Positions 27,260 to 36,353 of a stretch of DNA of 64,000 bases are shown one piece after another (the first letter of the stretch is position 1; every line of letters begins with the position of its first letter). The notes beneath the pieces were generated by a model. It had not been told where the DNA came from, made no database searches, and worked only from the letters and a program-made list of their open reading frames with translations. The stretch is from the NCBI GenBank assembly GCA_016198755.1, contig JACQIB010000005.1, forward strand, positions 32,001 through 96,000. The letters run 5' to 3'. Made by a program: the position numbers and the translations under genes. Source of the stretch: Candidatus Aenigmatarchaeota archaeon. Lineage in GTDB: Archaea; Aenigmatarchaeota; Aenigmatarchaeia; Aenigmatarchaeales; JACQIB01.

Positions 27260-27430
27260 TTAAACACCCAGAACAGCCCTTATAGGGTATAGCAGCCCTG
27301 AGGGGTTTGTTATTGTTGTTTTTTGGGAAAGTACAAAAGCCAAAATAAGTGCAACAATTATACCTAAAGCTGCCATAAGGAATATAAAATTCCATGCACC
27401 CTCATGCAAAGTTTCTATATCAAAAGCCAT
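27260..27430 (-). CDS. 56-aa single-TM microprotein (not in ORF track)
   Basis: MAFDIETLHEGAWNFIFLMAALGIIVALILAFVLSQ..VLGV*; TAATG overlap with the platform gene stop. Confidence 0.7.
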   Translation of the reverse strand: MAFDIETLHEGAWNFIFLMAALGIIVALILAFVLSQKTTITNPSGLLYPIRAVLGV

Positions 27431-29733
27431 TATTTTCCACCTATTGGTACAAGCAGCGGTGCTATAGTGCTCCCAAATACAAGGGAACTTATGCCCCAGC
27501 TTACTATGTATACTATTATCCCGAATATTAATGTTGTGCCCATTGTCTCCCTTAACCCTATCTCATCCTCTCCGTTCTGTAACCTGTTAAGGAAATAAGC
27601 TAACAAAGCAACAGTTTCAATCATATACAGTCCAACAACCATCTGGAAAGCGCCTGCGGTTATTGGCACTGAACAGCCCCCAGACCCTTGGCACCATGGA
27701 AGAACTAATAATTGCTGGGGAGCTGAAACCGATGCTCCAGTGTTAAGTATGTCATTATACTGAACTCCAAACTGGGTTAAAATCTGTATTATAACCATTG
27801 CCATTGTAACAGTTATTCCTGACACTAGAGGAGCCAAAAACACTGAAAGAAACTTCATACTGGAAATTGTATCCCCTAAAATCTCCTCCAAATCCTCTTT
27901 TAGAGTGTGCAAACCTTTCAGGTAGCGGGAAATTGTAACCATTGCAACAGAAGCTGTTTGCATCCCTTTCTTTCCTGCTTCAGCTATAACTGAAAGCACA
28001 GATCTTATCAGTGCTGATGGATAGTACCAGACTGAACCAACATCCTTGTCAAACATTGCCCTTTCAAAAGTATATCCAAACTTTGTCATGTTTGCTGTGG
28101 TTGTTGTGAAAAGGTCTGCAACCTTCATTCCTTTTAAACCCTCCACTGACCTGCTCATTGCAGATTCTATTGGAACTCCTGTGCTTAACTGGTTTCCCAA
28201 CTGGAACAAAGCTACGGAGAACTCCTCTTCTATCCTCCTTATATCCTGCCTTACTTTTGTTTTTTGATAGCTGTCTAAAATTCCATAAACAGCAGCTGAC
28301 AATCCAAAGCTCAGTGGCAAAGCAAGAGACAGGCTTGTTTCAACTCCAGTTGTAAGCAAAGCATACAAACCTAAAAGAAAGAGGGGAAGGAAAACTGCAA
28401 GTGCTACCGGCCAGACAGGCGTTTCTTTTCCGGATAAAAAGAATTTTCCAAGCCGTGGAACCCCTTTAGCTAAAGAAATATCTGGCTGGGAAAAGGTTGA
28501 GGGCTGGGCTTCCAGTGTTTTGTTTATTATAATCCAGAGGAAAGCTGGGAGAGCTATATCGTACATTATAAACAGGTACTCGGGTTTTATTGATTTTGCC
28601 AAAAAAATTACAACTATTGGGAACAGAACCAGCCCCATTACCGGAAGCAGGATTCCCATAGCATGTATAAGCATTATTGGCATGCGCAGGTTTCCTATGA
28701 ACCTTTTTGCGCGCTCTCTTGTGCCATCCAGAATAACTGAGAGTGTTTCATCAAAAAGCTCATCTCTCCTTTCAGCCTGCACTGCACTTCCCCTCAAAAG
28801 GTTCAAAGCTTCTGAAAAGGGTGGGTTTCTTTCCTTCCATCTCTCCAAATACTGCCCAAGAGCAGCATCAGCATTTGAATAAGTGCCTAAATTTATTCCC
28901 CATAAAAGTTTTTTCAAATCCCAGCTTAACGGACCGCGCAGATTTTCTGAGGCAAACTTCAATGCCCCCTCTAAATTTGGGCTTCCTCTCATGTAAATAA
29001 TCATGTATAAAACACAGAGTATGCTGTCAGAACCCATTTTCATTGTTAAAACTCTTGAACGTGAAGCAGGGTAAGTTAAAACAAAATACCATGCAAAAAT
29101 TGAGGATAGGAAAAAAATAAAAAACCCAAGGAAATCGGGCTTCCCGTTTACACCCAAAAGAGCTCTTCCCTCCCAGCTATAGCTTATAGCCCTCTCATAT
29201 CTTTTGTCCTGCAAAGCCTGTTTTGCGCTCTGTAGTGTCTGTTTTGCAAAATCCAGCTTTTCCTTTGTTCCTGCTGTGCTTCTTGTACTCTTAACAAGTT
29301 CATCAAAATCACCAACCATGATTACAGCGTTCTCTTTTGTAGGAGCCGGCTGTATAATATAGCCTGAAGCAAGATAGGCGAAGGAAAAAATCATTAAAAT
29401 TAAAAGTGCTATAATGGACAGAGCATAAACTCCGCGCGCACTTGTAACCATGTACGCATCATCTATATCCTTCTGCAGGCTTTTTTCTGTTTTTTCACTG
29501 GGCTTTATTCCCAGTACTTCAGCTCTCAGCGCTATGCGCTCAAAATAGGTCTGAGGCTTCTGCCTTACTTCCTTTAAAAAATCTGTATAATCCCTCGGTC
29601 TTGCAATAACTCTCTCTTTTTTTGGAACAGAAAGCTGCTCTCTGTCCATAAGCTTTCTGAGCTTGTCCATTCTATCCTTTTCAGCCATCTCCTTTTCTAT
29701 TTTCTTTTTATCCTTTCCGTCGAAAAACCCCAT
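27430..29733 (-). CDS. Type IV pilus platform protein (fused TadB/TadC, T2SS-F family)
   Basis: Two T2SSF-like domains (YM.IYMR..PNLE.AL.FA; EFSVALFQLGNQL..G.P.E) each followed by TM helices. Confidence 0.85.
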   Translation of the reverse strand: MGFFDGKDKKKIEKEMAEKDRMDKLRKLMDREQLSVPKKERVIARPRDYTDFLKEVRQKPQTYFERIALRAEVLGIKPSEKTEKSLQKDIDDAYMVTSARGVYALSIIALLILMIFSFAYLASGYIIQPAPTKENAVIMVGDFDELVKSTRSTAGTKEKLDFAKQTLQSAKQALQDKRYERAISYSWEGRALLGVNGKPDFLGFFIFFLSSIFAWYFVLTYPASRSRVLTMKMGSDSILCVLYMIIYMRGSPNLEGALKFASENLRGPLSWDLKKLLWGINLGTYSNADAALGQYLERWKERNPPFSEALNLLRGSAVQAERRDELFDETLSVILDGTRERAKRFIGNLRMPIMLIHAMGILLPVMGLVLFPIVVIFLAKSIKPEYLFIMYDIALPAFLWIIINKTLEAQPSTFSQPDISLAKGVPRLGKFFLSGKETPVWPVALAVFLPLFLLGLYALLTTGVETSLSLALPLSFGLSAAVYGILDSYQKTKVRQDIRRIEEEFSVALFQLGNQLSTGVPIESAMSRSVEGLKGMKVADLFTTTTANMTKFGYTFERAMFDKDVGSVWYYPSALIRSVLSVIAEAGKKGMQTASVAMVTISRYLKGLHTLKEDLEEILGDTISSMKFLSVFLAPLVSGITVTMAMVIIQILTQFGVQYNDILNTGASVSAPQQLLVLPWCQGSGGCSVPITAGAFQMVVGLYMIETVALLAYFLNRLQNGEDEIGLRETMGTTLIFGIIVYIVSWGISSLVFGSTIAPLLVPIGGK

Positions 29734-29851
29734 TCTATCTCCCAGTTTAGAATAGACTTTCCCAATATAAAAAAGCCCTAATTCACTTTCTGCCGTTGAG
29801 GCAACATTATTTATTCATGCAAATCCATTATTTCCCAGGGAGCATGTTAAA

Positions 29852-31477
29852 ATGGGGCGCAAATCCAGCTTAACAACAGGTCAAAAGGCAAGCATAAGGC
29901 ATTATGCTGAACAGGGTGAAGGACCTTCTGGTATCTCCTATTATACAGGCATTTCTCCGAGTAAGGTAAGTTATTATCTGAAATCACTTGAAAGAGAACA
30001 GGCTGGGAAAGGCAATGGAAATAGACAATATAGAAATAGGAATGGACCTGCTCCGGTGGCTGAGACAGCTACAGAAGCTGGGAAACACGGACGCGGTCCA
30101 GGAAGAACAAGTAACTCTACAGTGTTTATGATAGAGCAGATGGCTGCGCATGGCTATAATACTGAACAGATTTTAAATACACTGGGAGTCTCTGCTCATG
30201 TAGCAGAAAAATATTCTGATTTTGATGTTAGAGCCTATTTGGAAGCGAAAACTCCAACAGAAGCTGATGTGGAAAAGAAGGTAGATAGAAGGATATTGAG
30301 ACAGGAAACAATAGAAAAAATAAAAGCCTTGGCAAGGGAGGGACGCACTATAGCCGGTATAGTGGAGGAAACTGGAGTGAGCAATAGATCTATATCCAAA
30401 TATGCTGGCGCTGAACTGAATGAACGGTTGGGGGGAGAGAAGAGACAGGGAACAAGGCTGACTGCTGAAGAGAGGGAAACAATAATAGCTGCTATAGGAA
30501 CAGGAAAATATTCTGGCCCATCTGAAGTTGGAAGTGAGTTTGATATTTCCTATCACACAGCAAATGCGCTCTGGAAATCAACGGGTAGAAAAGTAAGAGC
30601 TATTGGGGAAAAACCCGAAACAACCAGGGAGCGAGGCATTAGGCTGACAAAAGAGGAGGCAGCAACTATGGACATGGCTATATTGTCTGGAATATACACA
30701 CACCCAGCAGATGTTGCAAGGGAGTTCCATGTTTCTTACCAGACAGCGCGCATCCACTGGGAAACAGCTAGAGTAGCTGTTACAAAGCCAACTGTCTTGA
30801 TAGAGCCTCCTAAACCAACGCCACCCAAAGATTTGAAAATAGGGATTAGTGCTGCTAATGCTGAGCGGTTGGATACATTATGGGGACAGGGAATCAGGAC
30901 AGTAAACGGGCTGCATGAGCGCACAGGGTTTAGTAGGCATATGGTTGGCAGGTATATGGAGGGGAGGGGATTGATATCAGAGAGGAGCAGGAGAGAAGAA
31001 CAGATAACAAAAGATAACAGGCCTGCTATGCCACCAGTGATTCTGGAAGATCTTTCAGCTGCGATTATACTACATGCTGGGGAGAAGAAAATGGAAAAGG
31101 AAGCTGCAGAACAGACTGCGCAGCATGTTCTTAACTTTTTTGGCTACTCTAACAGGATTATAGATAATATACTGGAGCCTGAAGACAGGGACATTTTTTA
31201 TATGTTAGAGGATGCTGGGATAGCTACAACAGAAAGAGAGGAAACAACTTTATATGATGGGAGGGAATGGAGAATACACTATTGGGTGTTTAATCATGAT
31301 AGGATAAAACAGATTTTGGCTCCTCTAAAAACTGCAAAGAGAGAGAAAAGTCCTGAAGATGTGTATGAGGAGCTGGATGATGGGTTATGGCATGGTCATG
31401 GAGCAGAACCTGTTGAAGGGGTTCATGTTACTAACGGGTTGGTAGCAGCTCAGGCTGGAGCAAGAGGCTCTGGTTAA
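29852..31477 (+). CDS. Six-HTH repeat protein with C-terminal DUF6015-like domain
   Basis: Six LT..E...I.....G......(G/F).S...V..Y units; C-terminal HVLNFFGYSNRIIDNILEPEDRDIFYMLEDAG. Confidence 0.75.
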   Translation: MGRKSSLTTGQKASIRHYAEQGEGPSGISYYTGISPSKVSYYLKSLEREQAGKGNGNRQYRNRNGPAPVAETATEAGKHGRGPGRTSNSTVFMIEQMAAHGYNTEQILNTLGVSAHVAEKYSDFDVRAYLEAKTPTEADVEKKVDRRILRQETIEKIKALAREGRTIAGIVEETGVSNRSISKYAGAELNERLGGEKRQGTRLTAEERETIIAAIGTGKYSGPSEVGSEFDISYHTANALWKSTGRKVRAIGEKPETTRERGIRLTKEEAATMDMAILSGIYTHPADVAREFHVSYQTARIHWETARVAVTKPTVLIEPPKPTPPKDLKIGISAANAERLDTLWGQGIRTVNGLHERTGFSRHMVGRYMEGRGLISERSRREEQITKDNRPAMPPVILEDLSAAIILHAGEKKMEKEAAEQTAQHVLNFFGYSNRIIDNILEPEDRDIFYMLEDAGIATTEREETTLYDGREWRIHYWVFNHDRIKQILAPLKTAKREKSPEDVYEELDDGLWHGHGAEPVEGVHVTNGLVAAQAGARGSG

Positions 31478-33726
31478 GGAGCTTTCTTTGCCTGTTCTCT
31501 GAACCAGTTTTGCCATAAATTGAAAACCCTGTCAGCTTCTACAGAACCAACTTCCTGCCTTACTGTTTCTGAGAATCTGTGGAAAGCTTGGTTGCTTGCA
31601 ACCACTGTAGGGGCTTCCAAAAGGGCTGGCTTTCCTGTGGCTCCTGCCACGCGCACAATCTCACTCAAAACTTTTGCCCTTAACTGTATATTGTCCCAGA
31701 CAGAATCCCATCTGCCAGCCCATCCCGGCACTCTTTTTGCTATATCGTTCAGTATTTGGCTTTCTCCTGTTAACAGAGTATCTGTTGGTTTTAAAGAATC
31801 TGAGCGGGAGTTATATTCTAACAGATTTACAAATCCATGTTCTTCAGCAGGATCCTTTGTCCAGTGCTTTCTAACCTCAGTAACTTCTGTTACCCTTCTG
31901 AAACTTCTTAATCCATCAGCGCTGCGGATTTTGTTTGCAACAACAATTAAATCAGTGGCTTTAAAGCTTGTTGCAGGAACTCCTAAATCATTTACAACCC
32001 TGTCAAAAACCCCATAAGCGCTTTCCCCGTGTATAGTTCCGGCAACAACATTTGCTAAAGCTCCAATCCTCATTGCCTCGTACAGGGCTATTGCTTCTCT
32101 CGATCTTACCTCGCCAATAAACAGACAGGAATCTCCCATTCTAAGAGCTGTTCTGATAGCCTCCTCAGCAGAAAGCTCAAGCTCAACTTTTGTTATAACA
32201 CTTCTGGATTTCATTCTTTCAACATTATAGCTCAGCTTTCTCAGAGCCTCTATTGGAAGTTCATAAGTATCCTCAACTGTAATAATTCTGTAATAAGGGA
32301 TAACCTGCAACATTAAGGAACCGAGTAGAGAAGTTTTTCCAGAGCCTCTGGTTCCTGCAACTAACAGTGTTCTCCCGTATGTTGTGAAAAACCAGAGCAA
32401 ACCAGCTGTTAGTGGATCAAAGAAATGGTTTTGTATAAATAATGGAAATGTCCATGGTTCAAACCTGTGCCTTCTGAAAGCAAAAGCTAATCCTTCCGGT
32501 GAAACTCTTGGCCCAATAGCTGCTACTCTTGCAACACCTCCTGGAACAGATATTTCAGTGTCTAAAACAGGATTTGCCTCGTCTAATGGGCGGCCTGATA
32601 AAAGCTTAAATCTTGTTGACCATCTCTCCCCGTCCTCTTTTGTTGGAATAATATTTGTTTCACATTCATCAAATTCCTGATGTAGAATAAAAAGCGGTTG
32701 TTCACCCAATGGGCTGTTTATGTGTATATCCTGTATCTTTGAGTCTGCAAGCAAAAGCTCCAGTACCCCCAATCCTGTAGTATACCTAGTAAGTATTTGT
32801 GCTAACTCTTCAAGTTTTTCCTGTGAAAAGTTAAACCTGCGCAGGCTTGATATGTCCCTTAAAAGTTCTAGAGAAATAGAATGGAAAATATCCCTCATTT
32901 TCTCCTGATCTCTGACCTCAAACTCCTGCGGCTTTCTCTCCTCCAGAGCCTTCCTTGAATCATCCAGTACAGTATATTCTTCCTCACTCAAAACAAATTC
33001 GGGCGGAGTTATCTGGTAAATGGGCCTTACTTTTCCAGGAACCTTAAAAATCTCAACTCTTGTTCCCCCGACATTATACTTGTCTATTATTTCCCCGCCT
33101 GCCGGAGGTTTTAACACAAACTTTGTAAGCATAAAGTTAGGTCTTATTATTGGGTGGAACAGTTTTCTGTATACTGAACGATCCCCTATATGGTAGCCTG
33201 TTAAAAAGGGCTGGGCGTTTTTAATTAGGTCTGTTTTTCCCAAAATTGTTTTTATAGGCTCCAGAACAGCTGATAAATAATGTTCAAGCGCTTTTTTCTC
33301 CTTTTCATTTTCTGTTCTTTTCAAAATTATTTTTATATGCCTTATTTCCCTTTCGATATCTAAATATCCTCCTATAGGATCCCCCCTCAACTGGACTGAA
33401 ACAAGTGTATAAAGCCAGCTTTTCCATTTGTCGAAAAACTTGCCGGAAATGGATTTGTCCAGATTTTCATCTGATATAATTTTTTCCTCCATTACGATCC
33501 TGTTTATTGAAGCTGCAATCTGAACAAGCATTTTTGTCTGCTCTGGACCATACTCATTTTCCCTCGTTTCTGCCATTACAACGCTTGTTACTTTTCTCTC
33601 TGAAAGCAGCTTATCTACTACCCGTGCCATGCAAACATCAAAGTCTTCTATGCTGGAGCCAAACAATGCTCCGGAGCAGTTTATCTTCATCCTCCCATCC
33701 TTCAGTTCTGTTACCTCATAAACCAA
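31474..33726 (-). CDS. Type II/IV secretion ATPase (VirB11/TadA family)
   Basis: Walker A GTRGSGKT, ITVEDTYEL, ALRMGDSCLFIGEVRS, GTIHG; TTG start at 33726 after a GGGGGAG SD. Confidence 0.93.
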   Translation of the reverse strand: MVYEVTELKDGRMKINCSGALFGSSIEDFDVCMARVVDKLLSERKVTSVVMAETRENEYGPEQTKMLVQIAASINRIVMEEKIISDENLDKSISGKFFDKWKSWLYTLVSVQLRGDPIGGYLDIEREIRHIKIILKRTENEKEKKALEHYLSAVLEPIKTILGKTDLIKNAQPFLTGYHIGDRSVYRKLFHPIIRPNFMLTKFVLKPPAGGEIIDKYNVGGTRVEIFKVPGKVRPIYQITPPEFVLSEEEYTVLDDSRKALEERKPQEFEVRDQEKMRDIFHSISLELLRDISSLRRFNFSQEKLEELAQILTRYTTGLGVLELLLADSKIQDIHINSPLGEQPLFILHQEFDECETNIIPTKEDGERWSTRFKLLSGRPLDEANPVLDTEISVPGGVARVAAIGPRVSPEGLAFAFRRHRFEPWTFPLFIQNHFFDPLTAGLLWFFTTYGRTLLVAGTRGSGKTSLLGSLMLQVIPYYRIITVEDTYELPIEALRKLSYNVERMKSRSVITKVELELSAEEAIRTALRMGDSCLFIGEVRSREAIALYEAMRIGALANVVAGTIHGESAYGVFDRVVNDLGVPATSFKATDLIVVANKIRSADGLRSFRRVTEVTEVRKHWTKDPAEEHGFVNLLEYNSRSDSLKPTDTLLTGESQILNDIAKRVPGWAGRWDSVWDNIQLRAKVLSEIVRVAGATGKPALLEAPTVVASNQAFHRFSETVRQEVGSVEADRVFNLWQNWFREQAKKAP

Positions 33727-33800
33727 GCCAAACTCCCCCCTTCTTTTATATATATAGGACAATAAAACTATATTTATCTTTACAGATAAAGGTTTTCCAA

Positions 33801-34142
33801 ATGCCAGAAGTGAATCTTTCAACAGTGCTGAACGAGGCTTTTAGGAGGCTTAATGAAGCTTCCAGAAGATTGAGAGCTTCTGAAGAGAGGTATGATGTTC
33901 TTGAAACAAGGCTGGAAGGGCTGCAAAATACAATGCTTAAAATCAGCGATGAGCTTTCAGGGAAGATAGAGAAAAGTTCAGGGGAACAGAAGGATTTTGA
34001 AGCAAGGTTAGTTAGGATAGAAGCAGATCTTACAAAAATTGGGCAGGCTATGGAAAAGAGCGCAAAATCCTCTGATTTGGAGGAGTTAAAGAATCTTGTG
34101 GAGCTTTATTCCCCGTTTAAAGAAAAGAGAAAGAGTGATTGA
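33801..34142 (+). CDS. Small coiled-coil protein
   Basis: MPEVNL..RRLRASEERYD..LEELKNLVELYSP; start moved to ATG 33801. Confidence 0.7.
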   Translation: MPEVNLSTVLNEAFRRLNEASRRLRASEERYDVLETRLEGLQNTMLKISDELSGKIEKSSGEQKDFEARLVRIEADLTKIGQAMEKSAKSSDLEELKNLVELYSPFKEKRKSD

Positions 34143-34143
34143 A

Positions 34144-34791
34144 ATGGCAGAGAAAAGAGTTTTCATACCAATTGATCTGGCTAAAAAACTGGCTGGGGAA
34201 GGGAAAAATGAGGGGGATATTATTGAGGAATTAAAGAAAAGGGGATTTACACCCTTCCAGATTGACAATGCTCTGAAAGCAGCGCTGAAAGATGCTGTTG
34301 TTCCAAAAAGGCCTTATGTTTCAACCTTACCCCCGCCTCAGGAAAGTATTCCAATGGCTGAATCTGAAACACCTGTGAACGTTGCAGGCGTTGAAAAGCC
34401 TTCTGAAGGCTATCCTCCAGAGAAGATTTTAATTCCTGAAAAGCTCCAGCCATTAGCTCCACCTGGGGAAAGGCCTCCTGCAATGGACGAGACAAAGCCC
34501 AGCGCGGGCGAAGTAACAGTAGAGGAACTTGTAGAGTCTGTTGTTGAGGAGAGATGGCAGGGAATGGCTGAAAAAATCGGTGCTTTTTTGAACAAGGAAG
34601 AATCTATAGCTTCTGAGTTAAAGTCCCTTAGGGAAAAAATAGAGGATGTTTCATCAGCAGAAAAGGCAACAGATTCTACTCTTTCACAGCAGATAGACCA
34701 GTTTTCCTCAGACCATGGGAAACTAGAAACCCGCCTAAAAGCTCTTGAAAAGGCTTTTAAAGAATTTGCAGAATGGTCAAGGAAGAAATAA
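34144..34791 (+). CDS. Hypothetical protein (helical head, Pro-rich linker, coiled coil)
   Basis: DIIEELKKRGFTPFQIDNAL, VEELVESVVEERW, RLKALEKAFK. Confidence 0.7.
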   Translation: MAEKRVFIPIDLAKKLAGEGKNEGDIIEELKKRGFTPFQIDNALKAALKDAVVPKRPYVSTLPPPQESIPMAESETPVNVAGVEKPSEGYPPEKILIPEKLQPLAPPGERPPAMDETKPSAGEVTVEELVESVVEERWQGMAEKIGAFLNKEESIASELKSLREKIEDVSSAEKATDSTLSQQIDQFSSDHGKLETRLKALEKAFKEFAEWSRKK

Positions 34792-35313
34792 CTACTGACG
34801 CTGCTGTGGGGGCCCTTCCTGTTTCTCCTTTCCTTCCATTACCATCCATATTATAGCAACTATTATTACAATGAAGAAGAATAATGTTACATTTGCCTGC
34901 CCAGAAATATCTATTTGAGGGAATCCAATAAGCTGTAGCCCGCCTGCTCCAACGAAAACAAGCACTGCTATTATCACAAGAGCTGCAGCAAAATATACTT
35001 CGTACTTTTTAATCAGCGTCCCGCCCTTTCCAATTCCAGCTATTTCTAAAAATACCAACAAAATGAGTATTCCCAATACAACCATTACAAGAGCTGAAGA
35101 TAGTTTTGAAAGGAAGCTAATTATTTCTGTGGGAGCTGAAAAAATAACCAAAAACCCTACAACTATAGAGATTATTGCACGTGCAGCATTTGATTGCGGA
35201 AGCTTTACTTGATGTAAAACTCCGTAAACTATTGCAAAGCTCAAAAGCCAGAGCAGTATCTCTGGAAACCCTAAATTTTGTAATGTTGATAAAAATTCAG
35301 CCATTTTTTCCAC
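34792..35313 (-). CDS. Polytopic membrane protein, paralog 1
   Basis: LLWLLSFAIVYGVLH..KLPQSN; about 5 TM; probable ATG at 35304. Confidence 0.75.
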   Translation of the reverse strand: MEKMAEFLSTLQNLGFPEILLWLLSFAIVYGVLHQVKLPQSNAARAIISIVVGFLVIFSAPTEIISFLSKLSSALVMVVLGILILLVFLEIAGIGKGGTLIKKYEVYFAAALVIIAVLVFVGAGGLQLIGFPQIDISGQANVTLFFFIVIIVAIIWMVMEGKEKQEGPPQQRQ

Positions 35314-35316
35314 CTA

Positions 35317-35838
35317 TTATTTTTTATCCCCGCCTGGCATACCTTCTTTGTACATAAACCAGAAGGCAACCGCGATTATTATTGCGAAAATTACTATCGC
35401 AACAAGTGTATCAGATATTTCTGGAACAGAGATATTTATAACACTCAACCCGCCTGCTCCAATGAAAACAGAGAGAAGAATAAGCAAAATAATGCCTCCG
35501 AAGAACTTTGGATGTGCCATGAAAATATGGGTTCCGCCTGTTTTAACCTGTCCTATCTCAAGGAAGATTACAGCAACTAACAGTCCAACAGCAATCAATA
35601 CTCCAGCTACCACAAGGTTCTGGAGGAAAGCTACAGCTGGGGAAGCTGCTGATGCTAAAAGAACAAGGAAAGCAGCTGAAAGTGCAATTACCCCTTTTGC
35701 AGTGTTTGACTGGGGTATTTTTGCATGGTGTAACATCCCATAAACAACAGCTAAAGTAAGCAGCCAGAGTAAAACCAAAGGGGCTCCAGCATCCCTCAAA
35801 ATCACAATCATATCTTCAATTCCTGCCATTTTAACCAA
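35317..35838 (-). CDS. Polytopic membrane protein, paralog 2
   Basis: LLWLLTLAVVYGMLH..KIPQSN; probable ATG at 35829. Confidence 0.75.
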   Translation of the reverse strand: MVKMAGIEDMIVILRDAGAPLVLLWLLTLAVVYGMLHHAKIPQSNTAKGVIALSAAFLVLLASAASPAVAFLQNLVVAGVLIAVGLLVAVIFLEIGQVKTGGTHIFMAHPKFFGGIILLILLSVFIGAGGLSVINISVPEISDTLVAIVIFAIIIAVAFWFMYKEGMPGGDKK

Positions 35839-35867
35839 TCCTATTTTGCCTCCTATTTATTTAAAGC

Positions 35868-36353
35868 TCAGCCTGCCTGCTTGGGATCGTACTTATAGGC
35901 TATCCAAAAGATGAAAAATATTAAGACCAGCCCTATAATAAAGGCCAAGTTCTGCGAACCTATACTGGGTATGTTTGGAACAGCTGTTATTCCAACCATA
36001 AGGAAAGCAATGAAAGCCAACCCTACAACAATGAGGGTGAAAGGCTCAACCTTTTCTTTCCCAGTCTTATCCTTTCCTATCCCCAAAGCTTTTGCAAGGA
36101 AAATTATAAAGAAAAATACAACAAAAAACCATGCTAAACCCGGTAGGATTTGAAAGAAGGTTGTTGTAAAAGCACTGTTAGTAGCAGCAAAGAGAGCTAT
36201 TCCCAAAGCTACAACAGCATTAACAGGCTTGCTTTTTAAAACTCCAGCAGTCTGCAGAATCCCGAAAACAATTGCAAAAACAAGGACAAAAGGCAGGTAA
36301 AAGGTTTGGTCTAATAAATTAAATGGTAAGCTGAATTCTGCCATATAAACCAC
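35868..36353 (-). CDS. Polytopic membrane protein, paralog 3
   Basis: LPFVLVFAIVFGIL..VNAVVALGIAL; probable ATG at 36344. Confidence 0.75.
   Translation of the reverse strand: MVYMAEFSLPFNLLDQTFYLPFVLVFAIVFGILQTAGVLKSKPVNAVVALGIALFAATNSAFTTTFFQILPGLAWFFVVFFFIIFLAKALGIGKDKTGKEKVEPFTLIVVGLAFIAFLMVGITAVPNIPSIGSQNLAFIIGLVLIFFIFWIAYKYDPKQAG

Noticed and set aside
29731-29743. 13-nt match CATTCTATCTCCC shared with 43580-43592
   Set aside because: Explained as SD plus spacer plus ATG (GGGAGATAGAATG)
27430-33726. Archaellum operon
   Set aside because: No archaellin, ArlH, ArlF or ArlG recognised; the organisation fits a pilus
33507-33822. Overlapping 5' extensions of the ATPase and coiled-coil ORFs
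   Set aside because: Longest-ORF artefacts; SD and composition support starts at 33726 (-) and 33801 (+)
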